Source of the DNA: Candidatus Latescibacterota bacterium
Lineage (GTDB): Bacteria > Latescibacterota > UBA2968 > UBA8231
Reading direction: 5' to 3'
NCBI GenBank assembly: GCA_965197905.1
Contig: CBDAOB010000004.1
Location: forward strand, 1,728,001-1,792,000
Length of the DNA: 64,000 bases
The position numbers were made by a program, and so were the translations under genes. Below the pieces are notes generated by a model. It was not told the origin of the DNA. It made no database searches and worked only from the letters and a program-made list of their open reading frames with translations. This document shows positions 1 to 9,798 of the stretch, one piece after another. Each line of letters opens with the position of its first letter. The stretch's first letter is position 1.

Positions 1-1271
1 CCCATGACGAACAAACCCGGAATATTGCTCATTAGGTTATAGTCTACCCACAATCCCCCCATCGTATAATGGACCGCGGGATAGATACGCATCGGCATGC
101 GGTACGGATTTTCGTCGGTAATCTCTTCATACATCTGAAAGAGGTTGCCGTACTTCTGGTGAATCGTATCCTCGCCATCGCGCTCAATGGCGTGGGCGAA
201 GTCCAGAAAGACCGCGCGCCCGGTGATGCCGACACCGCGTCCCTCGTCGCACACCCCCTTGGCGGCCCGCGACGCCACGTCCCGCGGTACCAGGTTGCCG
301 AAGCTCGGGTAACGCCGCTCGAGGTAGTAGTCGCGCTCTGCCTCCGGGATCTGTTCGGGAGACCGGCGATCTTGCCCTTCTTTGGGCACCCACACCCGAC
401 CGTCGTTGCGCAGGCTTTCGCTCATCAGGGTGAGTTTCGACTGAAAGCTGCCCGAAACTGGAATGCAGGTAGGGTGAATCTGCGTGAAGCAGGGGTTGGC
501 GAACAGCGCGCCTTTTCTGTGGGCTCTCCAGGTTGCGGTGACGTTTGAAGCTTTGGCGTTTGTCGACAGGTAAAAAACATTCCCGTACCCACCCGTGGCC
601 AAGAGAACCGCATCGGCTGCATGAGACTGGATTTCGCCGGTAACTAGGTTGCGTGTGACGATCCCGCGGGCACACCCGTCGACCAAAACCAGCTCCAGCA
701 TCTCATGTCGTGGGTAGAGGTGCACCTTTCCGGCGCTCACCTGCCGCATCATTGCACTGTAGGCGCCCAACAACAACTGCTGACCCGTCTGACCGCGGGC
801 GTAGAAGGTGCGTGAAACTTGGGCCCCACCGAACGAGCGGTTGGCCAGGGTGCCTCCATATTCGCGGGCAAAGGGCACCCCCTGAGATACACACTGGTCG
901 ATGATCTCGGTACTGATCTGCGCCAGACGGTAGACATTCGCCTCGCGGGCGCGGTAGTCGCCTCCTTTTATGGTGTCGTAAAACAGGCGGAAAACGCTGT
1001 CGCCGTCATTCTGGTAGTTCTTGGCCGCGTTGATCCCGCCCTGGGCAGCGATGCTGTGGGCTCGGCGCGGGCTATCCTGCAGGCAAAAGGAGTGGATGTT
1101 GTAGCCCAACTCCGCCAGCGAAGCGGCGGCGGACGCGCCCGCCAGCCCGGTGCCGACCACGATGATGGAGTGACGGCGTTTGTTGGCGGGGTTCACGAGC
1201 TTGAGCTCGAACCGATGCCGGTCCCACTTCTGCTCTAAAGGACCACCCGGGACGCGACCGTCCAGATCCAT
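1..1271 (-). CDS. sdhA: Succinate dehydrogenase/fumarate reductase flavoprotein subunit (runs off the left edge; not in the ORF track)
   Basis: Manual translation [80 protein letters not shown]; directly downstream of sdhC. Confidence 0.95.
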   Translation of the reverse strand, partial: MDLDGRVPGGPLEQKWDRHRFELKLVNPANKRRHSIIVVGTGLAGASAAASLAELGYNIHSFCLQDSPRRAHSIAAQGGINAAKNYQNDGDSVFRLFYDTIKGGDYRAREANVYRLAQISTEIIDQCVSQGVPFAREYGGTLANRSFGGAQVSRTFYARGQTGQQLLLGAYSAMMRQVSAGKVHLYPRHEMLELVLVDGCARGIVTRNLVTGEIQSHAADAVLLATGGYGNVFYLSTNAKASNVTATWRAHRKGALFANPCFTQIHPTCIPVSGSFQSKLTLMSESLRNDGRVWVPKEGQDRRSPEQIPEAERDYYLERRYPSFGNLVPRDVASRAAKGVCDEGRGVGITGRAVFLDFAHAIERDGEDTIHQKYGNLFQMYEEITDENPYRMPMRIYPAVHYTMGGLWVDYNLMSNIPGLFVM

Positions 1272-1279
1272 CGTCTACC

Positions 1280-1909
1280 TCATTGATTGAAGAAGATGGC
1301 CAGCGGAATGATGCCGAATCCGCCGGCGATGACAATGCCCAGCAACACACTGACGGTTTTGAGTTTGGGACGCGCGCTCCAACCCAACGATTGAAAGGCG
1401 CTGTGAAACGCGTGCCAGAGGTGGAACCCCAAGACCAGCATGGCTATGACATACCATGCCACATAAAGCAGATCGCTGAAGGTTCCAACTACGAGATCGT
1501 ACAGCGTACCCCCTGCAAGATCGCCGTATTTGAAGGTCTTCAGATGGATGACCACAAACACCAGGATGACGAGCCCCGAGTAGATCATCGTATACGAGGC
1601 CGCACTCCGCCTGCCGACGGCCTTGGTTTTTACGTAGTTGCTGTTTCTAGCCCGCTTGCTGTCTCTGCTAACGCTGATTGCCAGGTAGACGTGGAGAAGG
1701 AAAATCGCCACCAAGCCAATCTCGACTGGAATCAGCAGTGGGTGACCGGTGAGAAAATCAGAGTAGGCGTTGAACTCCGCACCGCCGTCGGTCTTCAGCA
1801 GCAGCATGTTGCCGGCCATGTGGCCAAGTAGGAAGCCGTATAACAACAGACCGGTGACGGCCATTCCTATCTTTTTGCCAATCGAGGACGAGAACAGTGT
1901 TGTTCCCAT
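1280..1909 (-). CDS. sdhC: Succinate dehydrogenase cytochrome b subunit
   Basis: SSIGKKIGMAVTG, five TM helices with haem-ligand His residues (GHMAGN, LHV, IHL, FHLWH); AGGAG before ATG at 1909. Confidence 0.92.
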   Translation of the reverse strand: MGTTLFSSSIGKKIGMAVTGLLLYGFLLGHMAGNMLLLKTDGGAEFNAYSDFLTGHPLLIPVEIGLVAIFLLHVYLAISVSRDSKRARNSNYVKTKAVGRRSAASYTMIYSGLVILVFVVIHLKTFKYGDLAGGTLYDLVVGTFSDLLYVAWYVIAMLVLGFHLWHAFHSAFQSLGWSARPKLKTVSVLLGIVIAGGFGIIPLAIFFNQ

Positions 1910-2074
1910 TGCGCTCCTTCCTATCCGCATTACCAGGCCGTATAACTAACCAATATTACCGTCCTAGTTCAAATTTTCCAGCGGCAACGACCGACAGCGC
2001 GGGTACCCCTCCTATCTTGCTAGTCAGGTTCTGAATGCGTACCCTTAGGACCTCTCATTCGCCGAGACACATAG

Positions 2075-3235
<1,161 letters not shown>

Positions 3236-3248
3236 AGCCGATTGATCC

Positions 3249-4118
3249 ATGACAATACTCGTTGACAACAATACCAGGGTACTAGTTCAGGGCATCACCG
3301 GCGGCGAGGGTTCGTTTCACGCCCGCCAGATGGTGGAATACGGAACCAATGTCGTCGGCGGCGTGACTCCTGGGAAGGGCGGACAAAGCTTTGAGAGCAT
3401 TCCGGTGTTCGACGGGGTGTCGCAGGCAGTCGACGCCACAAGTGCCAACGCGACCGTGATTTTCGTCCCGGAAGCATTTGCCGCCGATGCCATCATGGAA
3501 GCAGCCGACGCCGGCATCGCTCTGGTGGTGTGCGTGACCGAAGGCATTCCGACCGCCGATATGGTCAATGTGCACCAGTACCTGGAATCGCGACCGACCC
3601 GGCTCATCGGTCCCAACTGCCCCGGGATTATCTCCCCGGGCAAATGCAAGATCGGCATCATGCCCGGGTTCATCCACCAAGAAGGTGGCGTCGGTTTGAT
3701 CTCCCGCAGCGGCACCCTGACCTACGAAGCGGTAGGCCAGCTGAGCGAACGTGGAATCGGTCAATCTACCTGCATAGGAATCGGGGGCGATCCTATTATC
3801 GGCACGCATTTCGTCGACGCACTCACTTTGTTCCGCGACGACCCGGACACGGATGCGGTGGTGATGATCGGCGAAATCGGCGGCACGGCCGAAGAGGATG
3901 CCGCCGCGTATATCGCCGCCACCTACGACAAACCAGTCATCGGTTTCATCGCTGGCCGCACGGCGCCGCCCGGGCGTCGCATGGGCCATGCCGGCGCCAT
4001 CATCGCCGGCGGCAAGGGCACCGCTGCAGAGAAGATGGAAGCGATGACTAACGCCGGGATTCACGTCTGTGAGAGCCCGGCGGATATCGGCGCTACGGTA
4101 GAGCGGGTACTGGTCTAA
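3249..4118 (+). CDS. sucD: Succinyl-CoA ligase alpha subunit
   Basis: [29 protein letters not shown] (phospho-His). Confidence 0.98.
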   Translation: MTILVDNNTRVLVQGITGGEGSFHARQMVEYGTNVVGGVTPGKGGQSFESIPVFDGVSQAVDATSANATVIFVPEAFAADAIMEAADAGIALVVCVTEGIPTADMVNVHQYLESRPTRLIGPNCPGIISPGKCKIGIMPGFIHQEGGVGLISRSGTLTYEAVGQLSERGIGQSTCIGIGGDPIIGTHFVDALTLFRDDPDTDAVVMIGEIGGTAEEDAAAYIAATYDKPVIGFIAGRTAPPGRRMGHAGAIIAGGKGTAAEKMEAMTNAGIHVCESPADIGATVERVLV

Positions 4119-4146
4119 TCCTTCACAACGTCGACTCGCCCAGCGG

Positions 4147-4980
4147 TTACGGCCGTGCCAAGCCGTAAGCCGCAGGGGACGGCAAGGGAACCAGAGTCGG
4201 TTGGCGTTTCAAGAGTAGAAGCCCGACCACGAAGATCACGCCAGCGGGAAACAGCAGAACCGCTGGCGCGGCAGCATCCCCGGCTAGAAGCTCGATCCCA
4301 AAATGGGTTTGCAGATTGAGGCCCACCAATGACACGAGATTATTAATCATGTGGGCGAGGATGGCCGGGTAGATGCTATGGGTCAGCCACACCAGCACCC
4401 CGAAGGTAAGGCCCAGTAGAAACACAGCGGGGAAATGCCACGGGTCGAGGTGAAAAGCCGCAAATAACAGGCTCGAGGCGAAAAGCGCGACGTGCGGTCC
4501 GCGGTAGAAACAAAGACCTGCAAAGACGAATCCCCGAAACGCCAATTCTTCCATAACCCCCGGCACCAGGACCACGACGGCCAACCCTTCTCCAAGTTCC
4601 CCTAAGGTCTCAACCACCTGAATCTTCAGCAGTAGCCGTTGTTGGTAGAGCGGGAACTCAGCGCCCAGGGTGTACATGAAATCGGTCAACGCGCTGTGGC
4701 TCTCCGCCACGAGCACACTGGCACTCGCCGCCACCAAAGCGCTGAGGGTTAGACTGCGTCCGGAGACGGCATTCAACAGCCAAACATCCGCCGGACTCAT
4801 CGCGTTTAGACGCATGTATCCGACGATGACGGCAAAGAAGCTGAACTCGGCGACCAGAAGCGCCAAGCGCGGTGGCACGCTGGCCACCGCCTCACTCAGT
4901 GCAACGCTTGCTACCAAGCTGGCAAGGAGGGCCGCAATATAGACTTGCAGGATCTGCCGCAGGCTCGGGAAAACGATCAT
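4147..4980 (-). CDS. CPBP/CAAX-type intramembrane metalloprotease (Abi family)
   Basis: EELAFRG, FAAFH and HMINN motifs; multiple TM helices. Confidence 0.88.
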   Translation of the reverse strand: MIVFPSLRQILQVYIAALLASLVASVALSEAVASVPPRLALLVAEFSFFAVIVGYMRLNAMSPADVWLLNAVSGRSLTLSALVAASASVLVAESHSALTDFMYTLGAEFPLYQQRLLLKIQVVETLGELGEGLAVVVLVPGVMEELAFRGFVFAGLCFYRGPHVALFASSLLFAAFHLDPWHFPAVFLLGLTFGVLVWLTHSIYPAILAHMINNLVSLVGLNLQTHFGIELLAGDAAAPAVLLFPAGVIFVVGLLLLKRQPTLVPLPSPAAYGLARP

Positions 4981-5077
4981 CTTGGGTCAGGGGAAACCAC
5001 GCACCCAGTAGCTGACTTGCCGAGCGTCCGTCGACCTCACCGGATCCCGTGGAGGGTCCCGGTCCACAGGCGCTGCC

Positions 5078-5554
5078 CTAATGGGTGTGGGTCAAAAAGT
5101 GCAGCTTGCCATTGTGACAGGTGGCGCAGTTCACCGCCTGGCCTTGAGGTGGCAACGGGAGCCGTTTCTGGTGGACCTTGTCATCAGCGGTTTTGGCAGT
5201 CAGATAGATGCCCGCCGAATCACCTTTGGCGACAAATCGGGCGGTCAGATCGGTTTTCTTCTCGTCTTCAACCAAGGTTAGCTCGATCTGCCCTTTGTGG
5301 ACGAGGCTGTCCACAAAAGCGGTCTTCATGGACCTGGCAATCTCTTTTTCGGGTGTGTTTTTCGGGTACAGAATCTTGCCACCTTCTTTGACGTGGCAGT
5401 GCAGGCATTTCACGCCGAGAGATTTCGCGACCATCTTCATCGCTTTGAGGGTCGCCTTCTTGTTCTCACCGAAGATGGTTTTTCCGTCCTGGGCATACGC
5501 CGGAGCGATTGCCAAGACGATCGCGAAAGAGATAACGGACACCGCTTTACGCAC
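5078..5554 (-). CDS. Exported dihaem c-type cytochrome (reaction-centre cytochrome c-like family)
   Basis: Signal peptide (AYA-Q); CLHCH and CATCH; M..SLGV.C..CH pattern; AAGGAG before GTG at 5554. Confidence 0.75.
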   Translation of the reverse strand: MRKAVSVISFAIVLAIAPAYAQDGKTIFGENKKATLKAMKMVAKSLGVKCLHCHVKEGGKILYPKNTPEKEIARSMKTAFVDSLVHKGQIELTLVEDEKKTDLTARFVAKGDSAGIYLTAKTADDKVHQKRLPLPPQGQAVNCATCHNGKLHFLTHTH

Positions 5555-5639
5555 GGAGCACTCCTTTCTGAAATCCGAAAAACGGTTCACAATCTACGCA
5601 AGCGCCGGTGCGAGGGAAAGTCCAAAACCACGATCCCAC

Positions 5640-6590
5640 CTACGACGAAGGATCCCGTTGTTTCTTGCGATCCATGGCGCGCACATACGCCCGCGTTCGG
5701 TGGCACCACAGCAGGTAGTCGAAGAAAATCGACGGAACGGGCCCCCGCGGTAAGCACCGAAGCAGGAGCGCAACCGGCACCTGAACAAGGGGCGAAAGCG
5801 CCAGTTGATGCGCCCACCTGACAGGAGCGCTGGGATCCATCAGAAAGCTCAATCGCAACAAAGATGCCAACTCCGGGTGTTTCTCCAGGATGAAGGGTAT
5901 CGATTCCGCCCCGTAGGCGCTCATCAGATCGCACAACTCTGCCAGGCTGCGAAGTTCGTGGTGGTTGGATATGGCGGTCGCTTCGTAATAGAAGGCAACG
6001 CCCGCGGACGACAGCCGATAGCCCAACTCCAGATCTTCACCGCCATAAGCGTGGAAGTCTTCGTCGAATAGGCCGACAGTCACCAACGACTGCCGTCTAA
6101 TCGATGAGTTCCCGGTGACGAAGCAGTTGTAGGGCACCACGCTGCCCGATTCAAACCGGTGCACGCCACGTCCTTCGATATAACGAAACAGGGCGTTAGG
6201 TCGGATACTCGTGGCAAAACGGATATTGCCGATACAGACGCAGCTGGCCTCGTGGATCTGGTGAAAGGACTTGTGGGAATGCAGAAAATCCGGCTCAACG
6301 GTCATGTCCCCATCCAGAAACACCACCACCTCCCCGCGGGCGGCGCGTATCCCTGAATTCCGCGCTTTGGCGCGCCCCTGGTTGACCTCGTGTCGTCGCA
6401 ACAACAGCTGAAACGGTTCGGCAATTGCGCGGAGCTCTTCCACCGTTAGAGCGGGAAGACTGCCGTCGTCGACCACAACGATCTCCACATCCGCCGCCGG
6501 AAACTGTTGCTGAGCCAGACTGTCCAGGGTTGCCCGCAGCCGCGCGGGTTCATTGTAGGTCGGGACGACCACGCTGAGGAACGGTTTCAA
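5640..6590 (-). CDS. Glycosyltransferase family 2
   Basis: SVVVPTYN, VVVDDGS, FLDGD, GGEDLELGYRL; probable TTG start at 6590. Confidence 0.9.
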   Translation of the reverse strand: MKPFLSVVVPTYNEPARLRATLDSLAQQQFPAADVEIVVVDDGSLPALTVEELRAIAEPFQLLLRRHEVNQGRAKARNSGIRAARGEVVVFLDGDMTVEPDFLHSHKSFHQIHEASCVCIGNIRFATSIRPNALFRYIEGRGVHRFESGSVVPYNCFVTGNSSIRRQSLVTVGLFDEDFHAYGGEDLELGYRLSSAGVAFYYEATAISNHHELRSLAELCDLMSAYGAESIPFILEKHPELASLLRLSFLMDPSAPVRWAHQLALSPLVQVPVALLLRCLPRGPVPSIFFDYLLWCHRTRAYVRAMDRKKQRDPSS

Positions 6591-6607
6591 AGCGACGGGC
6601 ACGGTGG

Positions 6608-7726
6608 TCAAAAACGGGCGTAAAGAGCGGTCAGCTTCTCCACCTCGTGCTCCCAACTGTAGGTGCGGGCCGCCACTCGAGCTGCCTCGGCATAGCGAGC
6701 CATACGGTCGGTATCCGCGATCAAGAGATTGACCTGCTCGGCAACTGCGGCGGGATCCCGTGGGTCGGCCAGGATGCCGGCGCCGCTGTTGCGAACGACG
6801 GGGCCTATTTCCGGAAAGTCACTGGCAACTACAGGCAAACCGGCCATGAAGTACTCGAACAGCTTGTTGGGCATGGAATAAAAGAAACTCTTGCCGCTGT
6901 TCTTGATCAGGCACAACCCTACATCGGCAGAGCAGGTGTACTCATGGAGCTCGGCAAACGGAACTCGGGGCAGAAAAAACACCGAGTTGCCCAACCGGCG
7001 CTGGTCGACTTTCTGCCTGAGCTCGGGCTCGCAAGGCCCGCCGCCCATAAGTACGAGCACAGACTTGTCGAACAGTGCGGCCGCATCGATCTGTTCTAGC
7101 AGGCCATTTTCGGTCAAGAACCCACCTTGATACAGGATTACCGGACGCTGGTCGTCCAATCCCAATGTTTCTCTAATGCGGTTGCTGGCGACAGGATCCC
7201 GGAACACGGGCAGATTTCGCAGGACCGTAACCCTATCTAGTCGATAACGCTTCTCCAGCGCCGCTTTGATCCCCTTGCTGACGGTAATCGTATGGTGAAC
7301 CTTTCGTACCAGACGTTGCTCCAGCCAACTCCAGAACCGCTGAATGGTGGGACGGCTGACAACCCCGGACTGTTCTGTCCAGAATTCGTGGGAGTCGTAG
7401 ACCAACAGGGAACCTTGGCGGGTTGCCACCCGCGCCGCGGGCCACAGGGCATCCAGGTCGTGGGCGTGGTAGACATCGGCTGACAGCGAAGGTAGAGCCC
7501 GTGCGGCCTGCCACCAAAAGGATGGGTACAGGAGGCGTAGGGAGCGCCTGCGGTCCACCGGTATTAGACGAGTCTCGAAACGCCGCCACGGCGCTGAGGT
7601 AATTGCACCCGAGAACGATGAAGAGACGATGGATACGCGATGGCCAGCGTCCTGCAGAGCCGTCGCCTCCCGGTAGATCCGCGCGTCGAAACGCAGGTCC
7701 GTAAAGGCGACCATACACACATGCAT
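6608..7726 (-). CDS. Glycosyltransferase family 4
   Basis: YHAHD, VYDSHE, PNKLFEYFMAGLPVVASD. Confidence 0.9.
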   Translation of the reverse strand: MHVCMVAFTDLRFDARIYREATALQDAGHRVSIVSSSFSGAITSAPWRRFETRLIPVDRRRSLRLLYPSFWWQAARALPSLSADVYHAHDLDALWPAARVATRQGSLLVYDSHEFWTEQSGVVSRPTIQRFWSWLEQRLVRKVHHTITVSKGIKAALEKRYRLDRVTVLRNLPVFRDPVASNRIRETLGLDDQRPVILYQGGFLTENGLLEQIDAAALFDKSVLVLMGGGPCEPELRQKVDQRRLGNSVFFLPRVPFAELHEYTCSADVGLCLIKNSGKSFFYSMPNKLFEYFMAGLPVVASDFPEIGPVVRNSGAGILADPRDPAAVAEQVNLLIADTDRMARYAEAARVAARTYSWEHEVEKLTALYARF

Positions 7727-7770
7727 GGTCGAAACTAGAGGGGGGACATCAAGACAAGGCGGGCAGGGAT

Positions 7771-7804
7771 AAAAAAGCAGTCCATCCGATGAAAGATGAA
7801 CTGC
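7771..7804 (-). terminator. Intrinsic terminator of the leftward ncRNA
   Basis: Minus strand GCAGUUCAUC-(8 nt)-GAUGGACUGC-UUUUUU: 10-bp stem with one G.U, then U6. Confidence 0.85.
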
Positions 7805-7986
7805 TCATTCGAGAAAATCAAGAGTGTGGCGATCGTGCGGTGTGTGATCGAGAGCCGCAGACGAGACCTTCAAACGAGGCGGTGTGGGGAGGTATTACTT
7901 TGAAGATCCCGATACCCGAAAAGGGGAATTCGAGTTCTGCGGCACTTCCCGATCATTAGTCACACGCTCAGCGGATCGCCACACTC
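7771..7986 (-). ncRNA. Candidate structured non-coding RNA, family unknown (three-way junction with C-rich loops)
   Basis: Perfect 13-bp closing stem (7822-7834/7974-7986) and four further helices whose G.U pairs work only on the minus strand; TATAAT 6 nt upstream of the first stem base; terminator downstream; no convincing ORF. Confidence 0.75.
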
Positions 7987-7992
7987 GAAGCA

Positions 7993-8011
7993 ATTATACA
8001 CTTTTTTGTGT
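7993..8011 (-). promoter_or_regulatory. Promoter P1 of the ncRNA (-10 TATAAT) overlapped by operator 1
   Basis: TATAAT at 7998..7993; ACAC-TTTTTT-GTGT at 7998-8011; no good -35. Confidence 0.7.
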
Positions 8012-8058
8012 GCGCTACGAAACGTGAACGTATTGCGACTTGCCTACGGTCGACACAC

Positions 8059-8087
8059 AATTTACACACCCCACTGTGTATTGTCAA
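8059..8087 (-). promoter_or_regulatory. Leftward promoter P2 with operator 2 in its spacer
   Basis: TTGACA (8087..8082)-17 nt-TAAATT (8064..8059); ACAC-CCCACT-GTGT at 8066-8079. Confidence 0.7.
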
Positions 8088-8128
8088 GAAGAATCTGGGG
8101 CTGATCCACTCACAACCTCAGAGAGAAA

Positions 8129-8157
8129 ATGACACAAAACTGTGTATGCCTTATTAT
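8129..8157 (+). promoter_or_regulatory. Promoter of the XRE gene overlapped by operator 3
   Basis: ATGACA (8129-8134)-17 nt-TATTAT (8152-8157); ACAC-AAAACT-GTGT at 8132-8145. Confidence 0.7.
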
Positions 8158-8204
8158 AGGTAGCGGGCATTCCTCTACATTACATAAAACCAGACGGTAG
8201 AGAC

Positions 8205-8723
8205 ATGGCATTTGCTGAAATAATAAAGAAAGCACGCAAGCGGTTGCGGCTAAGCCAAGCCAGCCTTGGTGGGGAGATCGGGGTGTGGAACACCTACGTC
8301 GGACAGATCGAGAAGGGGGAAAAGGTCCCCTCAGATGAGGTGGTCATAAAACTCGGGAAGGTTCTCGACCTCAACCTGAACGAGTTATTATTGTCAGCGT
8401 ACAAAGCAAAGGCCGACTCGGCCGAAGCACAAAGCCTGTTCACCCAAATGGAAACCGCACTCAACGACCCTGTACTGCAACAGATCGTTTCTTCCACCAA
8501 CCCCATACACCCGGGCGTACTGGCCGCTTTGAGCGACGAGAATATTCGCGCCGCCCTCACCCAAGAAACATGGAGAGAAAGTTTCTCTCGGTGTTACCGA
8601 ATAAACAGCCGCAAAAAACGGAATATTCAGGCGCTGTTGGCGTTGGTGGAAGCGATGAACGACAAACAGTATTCAGCGATGATGAATCTTTTAGAAGCTA
8701 TGGAGCTAGAAGCAGGAGAGTAA
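8205..8723 (+). CDS. XRE-family helix-turn-helix regulator with an unrecognised C-terminal domain
   Basis: IKKARKRLRLSQASLGGEIGVWNTYVGQIEKGEKVPS..IKLGKVL matches the Cro/C1-type HTH pattern. Confidence 0.88.
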   Translation: MAFAEIIKKARKRLRLSQASLGGEIGVWNTYVGQIEKGEKVPSDEVVIKLGKVLDLNLNELLLSAYKAKADSAEAQSLFTQMETALNDPVLQQIVSSTNPIHPGVLAALSDENIRAALTQETWRESFSRCYRINSRKKRNIQALLALVEAMNDKQYSAMMNLLEAMELEAGE

Positions 8724-8726
8724 TTC

Positions 8727-9257
8727 TTACGGGGTCTGGGGTGCGGCTTCTGCGGCCAAACGCGCTGCTTCTTGTGCCAATCGATCCGCCTCCCGGTTGG
8801 AAAGGACCGACAACACCTTTTCGCGAACGAACGGATTTGGATCGCGCACTGCGGAAAATAGGTACTTATTGCCGTATTTTTCCTCCATCCTGCCCAGTTT
8901 CTCGATGACTTGAAGGCGGATTCCGGGATCCCTGTCTTTGAGCGCTACGCCGAACACTCTGGCCACTTCCTTTTTGGTGCTTTCCCTATCACTCTCGCTC
9001 AGAACGCCCAAAAGCTCAATCGCCTGTGCCCGGACCGCGACGTCGCGATCTCTGAGGGCTCGAGACAGCACTTCCGTAGTGGCGATCTTCTTCTCCGCAC
9101 CAAGCAGAGGAACGAACTTTATGGGTGGCAACGTACGCAAGCTGCAGGCCCCTAGTACAAACCACAACAGGCACAGGACGCCCGCTAAACCTGGATGACG
9201 GTAAACCGGCCGCGGGCAGTTGGCTTTTCCTACTCGACTGAAACGATGCAAGGTCAT
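8727..9257 (-). CDS. HEAT-repeat protein, probable lipoprotein (start uncertain)
   Basis: Three repeats of L.D.D..VR..A/V...L; lipobox-like LGAC. Confidence 0.75.
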   Translation of the reverse strand: MTLHRFSRVGKANCPRPVYRHPGLAGVLCLLWFVLGACSLRTLPPIKFVPLLGAEKKIATTEVLSRALRDRDVAVRAQAIELLGVLSESDRESTKKEVARVFGVALKDRDPGIRLQVIEKLGRMEEKYGNKYLFSAVRDPNPFVREKVLSVLSNREADRLAQEAARLAAEAAPQTP

Positions 9258-9458
9258 ATAGTTAATATCGGTCGTTACCGTAGGTTCTAAAGTCTGGGGA
9301 ACCACGGCGCCGTCGCGAACGTCTACGGCGCAGCAAACCAGCATCGCCAGCGCTTTTGGTGGAGCGCCCAGCTGCCGGTTGGCGCCGTTTTCCTCCTACT
9401 CCACTACGACCAGCTGGCCGTACTTAGAATTAATGGCTGGTCTCCGTCACTGAGCGCT

Positions 9459-9797
9459 TTGCCGCCGCTGGTCAGCGTCCACGGGTTCGCGGCTGCGCTC
9501 TTGCTGATTCTTTGTTTGAGCGGCACCTGGAATTGTCGCGACTGGCGCCGCGACCCACGGCACGGGCTCTTGCTTTTGTCCGCAATTTCGCCGCTACTAG
9601 CCTGGCTGTTTTTTCCCGGTCAGCTGTTGATGCTCTTGTCGTTGCCGGCGCTGTTGGTACTGACTTCCATGGGATCCGACTCTACCCGCAATGGATTCGT
9701 CAGCTGCTGTGGAGCGCCCTGGTTGTGGTGTACGGCGCAGATTATTGGCGCATGTTTGGAAGCGGCTGATTTCGGACGCTCCACCTCCTGGAGTTGA
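9459..9797 (+). CDS. Hypothetical membrane protein (frame stays open further upstream; start unclear)
   Basis: Several hydrophobic segments; fills the gap before hrpA. Confidence 0.4.
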   Translation: MPPLVSVHGFAAALLLILCLSGTWNCRDWRRDPRHGLLLLSAISPLLAWLFFPGQLLMLLSLPALLVLTSMGSDSTRNGFVSCCGAPWLWCTAQIIGACLEAADFGRSTSWS

Positions 9798-9798
9798 C

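Noticed and set aside
7870..7956. 28-codon ORF (MIGKCRRTRIPLFG...) inside the candidate ncRNA, as a type I toxin or leader peptide
   Set aside because: No ribosome-binding site, not hydrophobic, and buried in stable helices
7822..7986. SRP RNA, tmRNA, RNase P RNA or a known riboswitch
   Set aside because: No SRP helix-8 motif, no tRNA-like ends, and no cobalamin/TPP/SAM consensus recognised. 6S RNA is not excluded, but there is no symmetric central bubble.
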